From contig OX597815.1 of NCBI GenBank assembly GCA_951406725.2, positions 129,952,001 to 130,016,000 on the forward strand: DNA of 64,000 bases, in the 5' to 3' direction. The stretch comes from Octopus vulgaris (Eukaryota). The notes under the pieces were generated by a model. That model saw only the letters and a program-made list of their open reading frames with translations, ran no database searches and had not been told where the DNA came from. Position 1 is the stretch's first letter. Each line of letters opens with the position of its first letter. This document shows positions 53,481 to 64,000 of this stretch, in pieces. Both the position numbers and the translations under genes were made by a program.

Positions 53481-55028
53481 GAGAGTCGTGAAAAGCGGAG
53501 AAAAGTCGACGATGGCCAACGTTGCAAAGGGAACGAAGGGTTCAACTCATCTCACACGCCTGGAAGGGCTTGCTACAGTATAGGCATCTCTCTTTCTCGC
53601 CGTTGTCCACTTTGTCGTCGCCCTCGTTCTCCTGTTCCTCCTTCCTCTTCTTCTCTTGCTGCTTGTCTTCCTGCTCCCCGCCCGCTTATTCTTCTCTTGA
53701 CTAAAATATGTAAAAGACACACAATTAAACAATAATAGAGGAGGTTAATTATTATGATGAGATCAGTTGTGGGCTATAAATCTTCTTAGTACATTTATTA
53801 GCTTTTATTACTTACCTATATATATACGGGTAAGTAATAAAATTTATGTTATGTTTATAGATTAAATTACCTGATCTTACGTTTCTTCATATTGTATTTT
53901 TTGTCTCAAGTTCCTCTTGAGTACTTCTTAGTGCAAACCTTAACTTTGTGAGAGAATCTCTGATCAATCATATTCTTTCTCAAAGCAATTATATATATAT
54001 ATTACAACTGTCCGACGAACAGGAACGTGAAACTCTGAGAAACAGTTCTGTGATAATTTTGCAGCTTTAACAAAAAGTTTATTACTCTATCTTTGATATT
54101 CGAGTACTATTTTTACCACCTTCTTCTCGAAACGTAATAGAATTTCTCACTTCCCGAGCGTTTGTTGTTTACACACCCGTCTTCGTCTTTTTTTTTTTTT
54201 TTTTTAAATTCTCACTATATATATATGTGTATATATATATGTTATTTGATAAACACAATATATATTTTTATGAGCTACTAATAGTTTCATGTGATCAAAA
54301 CAACGTATAAAGTGGTAAGTAATAATAATATATACTGCGTTTATTAAATAATATTTATTTCCCGCCAGATGGAGCACATTTTTTATCTTACCATCGGGGA
54401 ATAGTTCACTATATATTTGTGTGTGTGTGTGTGTGTGTGTGTCTATTTCTGTGTGCGTATGTATGTATGTATGTATGTATGTATGTGTGTGTGTCTGTGT
54501 GTGTGTATGTATGTATGTATGTACTATGGTATCTACCCCATTACAATGCCCGAGAAATGAGAAAGTATAGTGTCTATTGCTGCCTTAGTTGTTACCAACT
54601 TCTCCCAAATCGTGTATAATATTTTGTTGTTGCTTCAGATCAACTCTTCACTGTCCGATATGGAGTCAGGAAATGGCAAAATTGTTGAGATACCGAACTG
54701 ATACAAATTACATAGAAGCATGCGTTCCCATTTCAAAATTATGTTATCGTAATTCGATTTGTATACGGACGGTATTACATATTTTATGTTCTTCGGTTTA
54801 CCTAAGTGTAGACAAGGTGAATGATTTATAAGCAAACTGTGTAGTAGGGGTGTAAAAATATATCTTGAACAAAAATGGGAGAGGTTCCTCAATTTTAAGT
54901 TAGTAGAAGCTGAGAAATCGAACGTGTTTATACTTGCGAGATTAATTATGCCTATATGTGTGTGTATGCGTGTCTCTATGTATGTACGTATATATCTATG
55001 TATGCATCATGCTTGTATGAATGACCGT

Positions 55029-55059
<31 letters not shown>

Positions 55060-55067
55060 CACACCGG

Positions 55068-55101
<34 letters not shown>

Positions 55102-55147
55102 TATATGTATATATATATATGTATGTATGTATATACATATATATATG

Positions 55148-55214
<67 letters not shown>

Positions 55215-55428
55215 GTATGTATATATATATATATATATATATAGATAAGAAAATTTGTTTGGCAAAGCACGTGGGTGAATATATAAGAAAATAGTAAAGT
55301 GTGAAAAAAAACGACAGAAGGCTTAAATGTTAAAAAATATATATATTTGTGTCAAAATGTCTGGAGAATATTGGAAAAAAAATTTTTTTTTTCCCTTTCC
55401 TTAAAATGACATAATTTTAAAATTTTTA

Positions 55429-55468
55429 AAGAAATTACCGGTTTCGCGTGTAGCTTTTCAAATTTCTT
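55429..55468 (-). ncRNA. Minimal type-I hammerhead ribozyme-like motif with U3-A8 core
   Basis: Minus: aagaaat TTGAAAA GC tacac GC GAAA ccgg TA atttctt. 7-bp stem I, 2-bp stem II, palindromic ACCGGU stem III, GUA triplet. Confidence 0.65.
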
Positions 55469-55749
55469 GTGACGTTATGTTTATATTGCATGGAATTATC
55501 GTTGTTTTTATTTCCAGGAGATTTCTAAATAAGGGGAGGTAGTGAGTGATTTTTTCCGGTGTAGGGGAGATAATCGCTTAAATTTTTTTTTTTTTTAAAT
55601 TTTTCCCTTTTCCTTGTTAATTTCTCTGTGTCAGTATGTTCGGATGGTTGAGTCTGGGTTTGTACTTTTCAATGAAGAATGTTTCCTTGTTCAGTCTCAT
55701 TTGTGTTGATGATCCGAAAGCACATTGGTAAAATGGGAAGATTAAAAAT

Positions 55750-55982
55750 TATCAACAATTGAGGGTAAAATTAATTAATTAATCAATTTCACCAAGTGTT
55801 CAGTATGTAAAAGGACCATTTAAGGCGAATTCAAAATATTACATTATATAATTAGGGCTTAGTAAAATAAATTACTTTGCCACATACTGAACGTAGTAGA
55901 AATGCTAAGAAAAATTTTTTTTGGCTGCTATTTCTACTAAGTTCAGTATGTGGCAAAGTAATTTATTTTACTAAGCCCTAAT

Positions 55983-56044
<62 letters not shown>

Positions 56045-56292
56045 ATTAGGGCTTAGTAAAATAAATTACTTTGCCACATACTGAACTTAGTAGAAATAGC
56101 AGCCAAAAAAAATTTTTCTTAGCCATTTCTACTACTTAAAGAAAATTTCTCTCAGTTCAGTATGTGGCAAAGTAATTTATTTTACTAAGCCCTAATTATA
56201 TAATGTAATATTTTGAATTCGCCTTAAATGGTCCTTTTACATACTGAACACTTGGTGAAATTGATTAATTAATTAATTTTACCCTCAATTGT

Positions 56293-56297
<5 letters not shown>
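55750..56297. repeat. ~550-bp nested palindrome centred on (TA)n with four copies of a 50-bp unit
   Basis: Unit ATTATATAATTAGGGCTTAGTAAAATAAATTACTTTGCCACATACTGAAC at 55843-55892 (+), 55941-55990 (-), 56037-56086 (+) and 56155-56204 (-). Outer ~93-bp arms also inverted. Confidence 0.95.
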
Positions 56298-56350
<53 letters not shown>

Positions 56351-56552
56351 CGGATTTCGTTTTCTTCCTATTCACATTCTTGAAGGCAAAGATTCACTCC
56401 GTCGTTATTCAAATTTTCTTGGTATGTTTTATCCTTCAAGCGATAAAAAATAGATGAATTATTCTGTTTTTCAGTTGCCAAGGCAGAACTGGAGTGTACA
56501 ACAAAATAGAACTTCGATCTGTTGATGGGCTGAGGGAAATGTTTCTGTATTA

Positions 56553-57837
56553 TCAGGTCCTCCCATAAGTTATGTCCGATTTTACCCTTTTTTAAAATTG
56601 AACGAAATTTAATAGCATTTTAGAATGTCTAATGGTATTAAAAATTATTTTTATGCATTTGTGTACATTTAAGCTAATTAAATATTATTTTACAGAATAA
56701 TAGAATTAAAATTTCTTTGATCAAAACTCTTTCTAACTTGGAAGTATCCAAAGAGCATTTGAGGCACATAATGCTTTATGAGTACAAAAAAGGAAACTCT
56801 GCAGCTGAAGCGACTTGAAACGTGCACTCAGTTTATGGGAAAGAATGCTTGAATGAAAGAAGTCGTAGAAGATGGTTTGCAAAATTCAGAAGAGGAGATT
56901 TCAGCCTTGAAGATGAAGATCGAACAGCATATCTAGTTGAGTTTGATAAGCTCCTTGAGGCATTACTTGAAAATCCTGCATTATCATTTGAAGAATTGGC
57001 AATAAAGCTTAGTTCAAACCATACAACTGTTCATCGTCATCTTCAACAACTTGGAAAGTTTCCTAAACTTGGAAAATGGGTGCCTCACGTATTGTCCGAA
57101 AGCAACCACAAATCCCGAGTTGACATCTGCTCCTCTCTCAGTTCTCGCGAACTCATTTCACCCTTTTTGGATAGACGTGTAACTGGTAACGAAAAAAAAG
57201 GATCTTCTATCGAAATGTTAAACGTCGAAAACAGTGGCTTGGTAAAAATGAAAAAGCTCAACCACAACCAAGAAGGGAACGTCATGGTAAAAAGGTTCTT
57301 CTCTCTGTCTGGTGGGATTGCAAAGAAGTAATTCACTTTGAATTGTTACCACCTAATGCAACAATCAATGCTCAAGTCTACTGTCAGCAATTAGAGCGTG
57401 CAACCAAGCTTTGAAGAAAAAAAAGACCCGCTTTAGTGAATCGAAAAGGAGTGATGTTTCATCAGGAGAATGCGCGACCCCACACTGCAAAGATCACATC
57501 ACAAAAGATCGAAGAGCTTGGTTGGGAAAAAATTCCTCATCCACCTTATTCTCCCGACCTTGCTCCTTCAGACTACCATTTGTTTCGTAGTTTACACAAT
57601 CATTTGGGGGACATAACTTTCGCAAGCCAGGAGAAGATCGAAACTGACATTTCAGAGTTCTTCGCTTTGAAACAAGAAGAATTTTACATTGATGGGATTA
57701 GAAATCTTGTAAATAGATGGAAGGAAATCATAGATAATCAGGAAAAGTACATTGATGATTAAATTTCATTTAAATATAACATTTGATTACTTGTTCTCTT
57801 TATTCAAAATTCGGACAGAACTTAAGGGATGACCTGA
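56553..57837 (+). mobile_element. Full-length (1285 bp) mariner element with TA TSD
   Basis: TA|TCAGGTCCTCCCATAAGTTATGTCCGA ... TCGGACAGAACTTAAGGGATGACCTGA|TA. Confidence 0.95.
56738..57762 (+). pseudogene. Mariner D,D34D transposase, inactivated
   Basis: HLRHIMLYEYKKGNSAAEAT* (stop), RWFAKFRRGDFSLED, GKWVPHVL, VTGNEK (D>N), FHQENARPH (D>E), HPPYSPDLAPSDYHLF. Frameshifts near 57200 and 57400. Confidence 0.93.
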
Positions 57838-57851
57838 TAATTTTGACTTGT

Positions 57852-58232
57852 GGAGGCTCAATGGCCCAGTGGTTAGGGCAGCGAACTCGCGGTCGTAGGA
57901 TGGCAGTTTCAGTTCCCAGACTGAGCGTTGTGAGTGTTTATTGAGTGAAAACACCTAAAGCTCCACGAGGCTCCGACAGGGGCAAGTGGTGAACCCTGCT
58001 GTACTCTTTAACCACAACTTCCTCTCACTCTATCTTCCTGTTTCTGTTGTACCTGTATTTCAAAGGGCCAGCCTTGTCACACTCTGTGTCACGCCGAATC
58101 TCCCCCGTGAACTACGTTAATGGTACCAGTATCTGGGGAGTGCTCAGCCACTTGCACGTTAATTTCACGAGCAGGCTGTTCTGTAGATCAGATCAACTGG
58201 AAGCCTCGTCATCGTAACCGACGGAGGGCCAC
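57852..58232 (+). mobile_element. tRNA-derived SINE family C
   Basis: GGAGGCTCAATGGCCCAGTGGTTAGGG (A box) ...GTTTCAGTTCCC (B-box-like). Body resembles an older copy at ~59200-59430. Confidence 0.7.
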
Positions 58233-58448
58233 GAGTTTCGACTTACACAGCGAGGGGTAATTACTACTATGTGTATCATTGCTTCTCAACTGAATATGTA
58301 CATTTGTTATCAAGCTTTGTATATTTATGGGAAGATGGTTAGAATTTTTGTTTATGTATTTTATATCTTCATTGAAATTCCTGTAGAGTTAGTTAGTATC
58401 TGCTTGTAGTCAAGTCAATCCACTTCGAGAAATTTTTGACGATATCTA

Positions 58449-58677
58449 ATTCTTTATTGCCCACAAGGAGCTAAACATAGAGGGGAAGAACAAGGACAGA
58501 CAAAGGGACTAAGTCGATTACATCGACCCTAGTGCGTAACTGGTACTTATTTAATCGACCTCGAAAGGATGAAAGGCAAAGTCGACCTCGGCGGAATTTG
58601 AATTCAGAACGTAACGGCAGACGCAATACCGCTAAGCATTTCGCCCGGCGCGCTAAGGTTTCTGCCAGCTCGCCACT
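58449..58677 (-). mobile_element. SINE family B monomer (CTTGTGGGCAATAAAGAA tail) with perfect 17-bp TSD
   Basis: TSD ATTTTTGACGATATCTA at 58432-58448 and 58678-58694. Confidence 0.92.
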
Positions 58678-59434
58678 ATTTTTGACGATATCTATGTTGA
58701 CGTTAATTTTAAAATTAAACTCTTTAGATATGGCCATTAACGCTTTGCTAAATTTGTCGTAGCTGTAAAAGCCTGTCATTCTTCCCTCTCTCTTCACCCC
58801 TTATATATATAGTGAGAGAGTGATAAGCATCGACATGATAATGATAAATAAGAGACTCAATAACTTGGCATAAATATAATTATGTTATAAAATCCAATTA
58901 GAAAAGATTTATCAAATATTACATAGCACATACATTTAAACAGTATATTTGCATAAGTGAAAACACATAAAGAATGTATCCACTATCTCAATGATAACAA
59001 TTAAATACCTACAACTGCAACATATTCATTCGTTGTACAGTTTAAACTAATTCAGTTGCATTGTTTGTTTTTGTGGGCATGGCTGGTGACTTAAGACATT
59101 CACTCTGCAATCACAAGGTCATAGGTTCGTTTCCAATGTTTGGCTTCTTTCTTGGCCAAATAATTTCTACTATAGCTTCAGTGTAGATGAAAACACATGA
59201 ATCCTATCAGTGGATTGTACCTGCAATTCAAAGAGCCAAACTTTGAAGCACTGGTGCAAATCCGACCGACGGCTTTCACTCTTACTGTCAACCTTGTGTA
59301 GTATACACATTGCGTCTTGCTGGTTTCGCTTGTGAATTACGATAAAGCTACTAGTACTTGTGAAATACTCAACTACATGCAATATAATTCAATGGGAAGC
59401 TAGCTCAGTTGATCGAATAACTGGAATAATCATC

Positions 59435-59707
59435 GCCGAAATAGATGAAAATGAAGATTTTAAAAAAAATGTCATATGAGAAGAGGAATGTTTTTTGTAT
59501 ATTCCAAATTTGTGAAATCGATGTCTTCCAGCTCGATTAAGGCTAACCTGATCTACCACCAGCATCACAACAACAAGCATCCAGCCTACAAATATTGCCA
59601 AAATTCAACGCCAGCGACATCGATTTCACAAATTTGGAATATACATAAAAACATTGCCCTTCTCATATGACATTTAAAAAAAAATCTTCATTTTTATCTA
59701 TTTCGGC
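59435..59707. repeat. MITE-like element with ~50-bp imperfect inverted repeats
   Basis: GCCGAAATAGATGAAAATGAAGATTTT...ATGTCATATGAGAAG / CTTCTCATATGACATTT...AATCTTCATTTTTATCTATTTCGGC. Confidence 0.75.
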
Positions 59708-59714
59708 ATGACCA

Positions 59715-59818
59715 TAAGTGTTTTGCTCATGAACAGAGCGCGTCGCCCGGTCTGAGAATAGAACCCACGATCTAGCGATCGGGATTACAGCACCTTAGCC
59801 ACTAGACTACACGTCTTC
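59715..59818 (-). mobile_element. tRNA-like SINE head (family C-like)
   Basis: Minus: GTAGTCTAGTGGCTAAGG...GGGTTCTATTCTC...GAGCAAAACACTT. Confidence 0.6.
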
Positions 59819-59859
59819 TCACATACATACATATATGCATACACGCACACACACACACA

Positions 59860-59910
<51 letters not shown>

Positions 59911-60268
59911 GGCTATGACTTATTGATTTTTTGGGGAAATAAACAATTTCCTGTATCAAAAGTCGATGAACAATTTCATATAAGGAAAATAACCTTTATT
60001 TTAAGTCTTTAAAAAAAAAAAAGACTTCACCCCCAACTGAAGAAATCTAACACCACTTGTTGTGCTGACGTAATGCAATGCAGAAGCAGTATATCTCAAA
60101 TTATAGCTTTTTAGTTTAAGTAGTTTAAGAGTTATAGAGTTTTTAACATAAGCTCTACTTTAGGAAATATCCTCTTCCTCTCCTTTTTAGTTCTGTGACG
60201 CTAAAATCTCTGACTATATTAATTGTCTTTCAGAATAGTAGGCGTATCCAACTAGAATATCTAAAATA

Positions 60269-62400
60269 ATGTCTCATAAGAGAAGCGCTTGTGTCACTCA
60301 AAAAACAAAAAGTCTGGACGTGCAATTTCAAGCCTCACATAGGAAAAGAAAACCTGTTCCTATAGAAGAGCATTCCTTGGAAGACAACTTCAAGATACCC
60401 ATGAAACTTCAAATTGTCGATCGCTATCTGTTCCTTGGAGGTACCATCAAAGGAAGGAAAGAAAGAACAGAGGAGATTTCGAAAGAAGTAACTTTTTATG
60501 GCAAAAGAAATTAAATTTCCCAAATTTATCAATTCAAAATGTAGAAGCAAAAGTAGAAAAAGTGTTGAATACCTGTCATAAATGTGTAAAACGAGAAAAA
60601 TACGATTCATTGAAAGGAATTATTGACATCACAAAGGAAAACGGTGAATGGCTGTATAGTGAGGATAGAAGGTTATATTATCTTTAAATTGAAAGCAAGG
60701 GACTGGTTAGGTATGCAACTGGAAAGGCAGCTAGTTCCAAAGCTATCTATCCACCCAAAAGAAGATAAGTGTCCTTAATGCCAACTTCAACCAAAGCAAC
60801 TCCAGTGTCATCGTCAACGTCTGAAGCAGAAACTGAAAGTGAATATCAAGAGTCCGAAAATTCAGATGAAGAATCCACACAATGAGGTAGTACAGTAGAA
60901 CAGGAACTGCAACCAAGTTAGTAATATCTTCCAAGCTATCAACCCAAAACGCAGCAACAATTTGTCCACAATTATCTCAAGTGGGAATCAATGTCAAGAT
61001 TCTTTCCCAATCTGGTATTTACAGATCGACTATCAAAGAAGCTGTTAAACTAAAACAGAAAATTAAGGAAACACTACATTTAGAAAATTGGTCATTGCAT
61101 TTTGATGGTAAACGTTTTGATGACCAAGAATACCAAGTGCTAGTTTTAAAGAATGAACAGTGAGAGATTAAGTTAGAAGAACTCCAATTATCAAAGGGAA
61201 AAGCCGATACTGATGTGAAAGGAATAGCAGCTGTTTTAGATGAATACAATTTATGGAACTGTGTAAAGATGATTGTCACGATATAACGAGTTTGAATACT
61301 GGGAAAAGAAATGGCATTGTCATTCAGTTGCAAAGACTGTTTGCTCAAAAGGGTTTAAAATAACCGCAATTTATTGGTTGTCACTTGATAGAGTTCTTCG
61401 CGTTGTAATGGATAACGAACTCCCAATATTGAATATACATTCAAGGCGGCGAGCGAGCAGAAACGTTAGCACGCTGGGCGAAATGTGTAGCCGTATTTCG
61501 TCTGTCGTTACGTTCTGAATTCAAATTCCGCCGAGGTCGACTTTGCCTTTCATCCTTTCTGGGTCAATAAATTAAGTAGCAGTTGCGCACTGGGGTCGAT
61601 GTAATCGACTTAATCCGTTTGTCTGTCCTTGTTTGTCCCCTCTGTGTATAGCCCCTTGTGGGTAATAAAGAAATAGGTATTTCGTCTGTCTTTACGTTCT
61701 GAGTTCAAATTCCGCCGAGGTCGACTTTGCCTTTCATCCTTTCGGGGTCAATTAAATTAAGTACCAGCTGCATACTGGGGTCGATCTAATCTCCCTCCCC
61801 CAAATTCCAGGCCTTGTGCCTAGAGTAGAAAAGAATATTAAATATACATTCATCCCAGATCTCATAACTAATTATGAGAAACTCCAGGCTAATTTCAACA
61901 ATGGCGAAGAAAAGATTACTGAATCGGCAGGATGGTGAGATGACATGAAGTTTCTATTTCATTTGACCAGATTTTTTCGTTTCTTTGAAGAAACCGAAAA
62001 ATTTCCTACTGTAAAGTTTCCAAAAATACCCAACTTAAGTAATGTAAGATGGAGTTTTCGAGCAATACTAGCTCTTTTAGAATTTATTTTTCTACCGGAG
62101 AAAGGAGTCTTGCTTCTCAATGTTTGTCGATTCATCTCTTACAGCTGGGCGGATTTTTGGTTTACTGACCGAATGTTTAACGCACATGATTATCAGTAGT
62201 TATGTGGTAGCCTGCAAGTTCATTGAACTCTGTAAAAAAACATTTGGAGACGGTAACCATAAAAACTGGAAATTCCCAGAACAAATCAGAATGTCGAACG
62301 AGAAGTCAAGTGCCTTCAAGATCTTTATGATGTTTTTAAAAAGGAGAAACTTCAGCTTCGATTTATTTTATCTAACAAAACATATTAATTCTTTGTTATG
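60269..62400 (+). pseudogene. Decayed DDE transposase, hAT-like (hATm-type inferred)
   Basis: WSLHFDGK, GKADTDVKGIAAVLDEYNLW, NTGKRNG, FIGCH, LDRVLR, GW*DDMKFL, NLSNVRWSFRAILAL. Many stops. Interrupted by a SINE at 61444-61833. Superfamily assignment is from recalled motif patterns. Confidence 0.65.
61444..61833 (+). mobile_element. Dimeric SINE family B with 19-bp TSD
   Basis: TSD AATATT(G/A)AATATACATTCA at 61425-61443 and 61834-61852. Same dimer structure as 49626-50024. Confidence 0.92.
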
Positions 62401-62791
62401 TTTAAAAATTTGCTAACATTCTGCACCCTTTTTCTTATACAGTTACTTAAAAATGGAATTAAATCTATAAAGTTAAAAATATGTATTGTTTTTAATTTTG
62501 TATGTTATCGAATGCTTGTAGTAACTTCTGTCTTAGATTAGCCTAGTTTTGAACCTTTGCATACAGCAATTTCAATTCAGTAATCTTAAAAATGTATAAA
62601 TACACTTTTATTCCACATCTCTCTTGCGTTTACAAGAATTTAGTAACTCCACTAGAGTGGACGCAAGTGCTAATATATGATTTATAAAAACATGTAACAT
62701 ATTAATAAATATCTGTAAATATAAAACCATCCAGATTTCTGAGTACCTTATTTCTTCTAATATATACATACACACACACACATACACACAC

Positions 62792-62836
<45 letters not shown>

Positions 62837-62851
62837 CATACGTACACACAC

Positions 62852-62920
<69 letters not shown>

Positions 62921-63604
62921 CATATGTTCACACACACACACATAATTGAAAATTTATTAATTTTCTCTGGTTTAGCTTTTCAATCTAACATCCTTAAGTT
63001 ATTCTTGAGTTAAACCTCTCGTAGAATTTCGTTGTTGATAGCTCTTGGCCGCGCTGAAGCTAATTTTCCTATTTTCATTCAAACGTTTTAAATCATGATG
63101 GATTTGTCATGCTTTCTTATTTCATTTTATTTTATTCCTCTAATGAATTAATTGCGTTGACTGCTCTGCTTTCAAGAAAATTAATTGAATATGTTCATGA
63201 GTTTTCTGAATTGCCACAGAGTATTTAGAATGCTATTTAAACGTTGTTTTGAAATGCGCAACGGTGTTAAGATGAAGATGAATGTCAGTGATATCGAAAT
63301 TGAAGTAGATTTCAAGTTTTTCTTTTTTTAAAAAAAGAAAGAAAGAAAAAATGGAAAATACATTGTAAACGTTCTGAAAAATAAGAGAAGCAAAATAATA
63401 AAAGAAGCGAAAATAACAATAACAAAAAAAAAAAAAGAAAAAATCTCAGAAAACACGTCAATAGAAGTAGTGACATTTTTTTCAAAAGAAATCATCACAT
63501 TATAAAGGGTAGTTATTTAAAAAGCTTAAAAGCTTAGCCGTCACTCACAAGTGAGTATAAATCCGGTAGATGGCACTACGCTTTCACTAGTTGTTTTAGG
63601 TACC

Positions 63605-63639
<35 letters not shown>

Positions 63640-63784
63640 ACACTTACACTCTTGACCCCGCGGAACACTGAGGATGTGACAGCTGGAAGAAGGGAGAGAG
63701 AGGGAGGGGGAAGGAGAAAAAGAGAGAAGAGGGTCCTAGTAGTAGACTCTATTTCAGTTGAATAGATTGAAGGAACATAAAATA

Positions 63785-63885
63785 AAGTGCTTTACTTAAA
63801 GGCACAACACGCATCCTGGTTTAGGAATCGAACCTAGCACCTTACGATTATGAGTTGAGCACCCTAATTACTAGGCTACGATCAT
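63785..63885 (-). mobile_element. Old tRNA-like SINE head
   Basis: Minus: GTAGCCTAGTAATTAGGG...AGGTTCGATTCC...GCGTGTTGTGCCTTTAAGTAAAGCACTT. Confidence 0.55.
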
Positions 63886-64000
63886 TCGCAATGGTGGTCA
63901 TTTACTTAATAGATTAGCCTGTACCTACATGGAAACACTAATAAACACTTGTGTGCACACGTGAAGTCTTTCAGGCGAGAAGAACACTAAATAATGTAGT

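Noticed and set aside
55843-56204. CRISPR-like array of 50-bp repeats
   Set aside because: Repeats alternate in orientation, spacers are related to each other, there are no cas genes, and the context is eukaryotic.

Overview
An AT-rich, microsatellite-saturated metazoan window with no host protein-coding exon I can support; it is probably intergenic or intronic. The tRNA-headed SINE families suggest an octopod cephalopod (inference). It is almost entirely transposon-derived: an internally deleted Helitron with intact termini plus two short non-autonomous relatives, a near full-length decayed CR1-clade LINE with a CCCH-finger ORF1, a 5'-inverted RTE LINE with an 11-bp TSD, a full-length dead mariner, a second mariner fragment, a Tc1 IR/DR deletion derivative, a hAT-like transposase split by a dimeric SINE, an R4/Dong-like 3' end, Penelope-like RT/GIY-YIG remnants and many SINEs. 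The most interesting signal is a dispersed set of minimal type-I hammerhead-ribozyme-like folds inside fold-back, Penelope-terminus-like elements. Their catalytic-core 3-8 pair occurs as C-G, U-A and G-C in different copies. Also notable are twin-priming geometry in a non-L1 LINE and a covarying 3' stem-loop shared by the CR1 LINE and one of the two most abundant SINE families (family A). All calls were made by eye, with no searches or folding programs run. Most ORFs in the supplied track are microsatellite artefacts.
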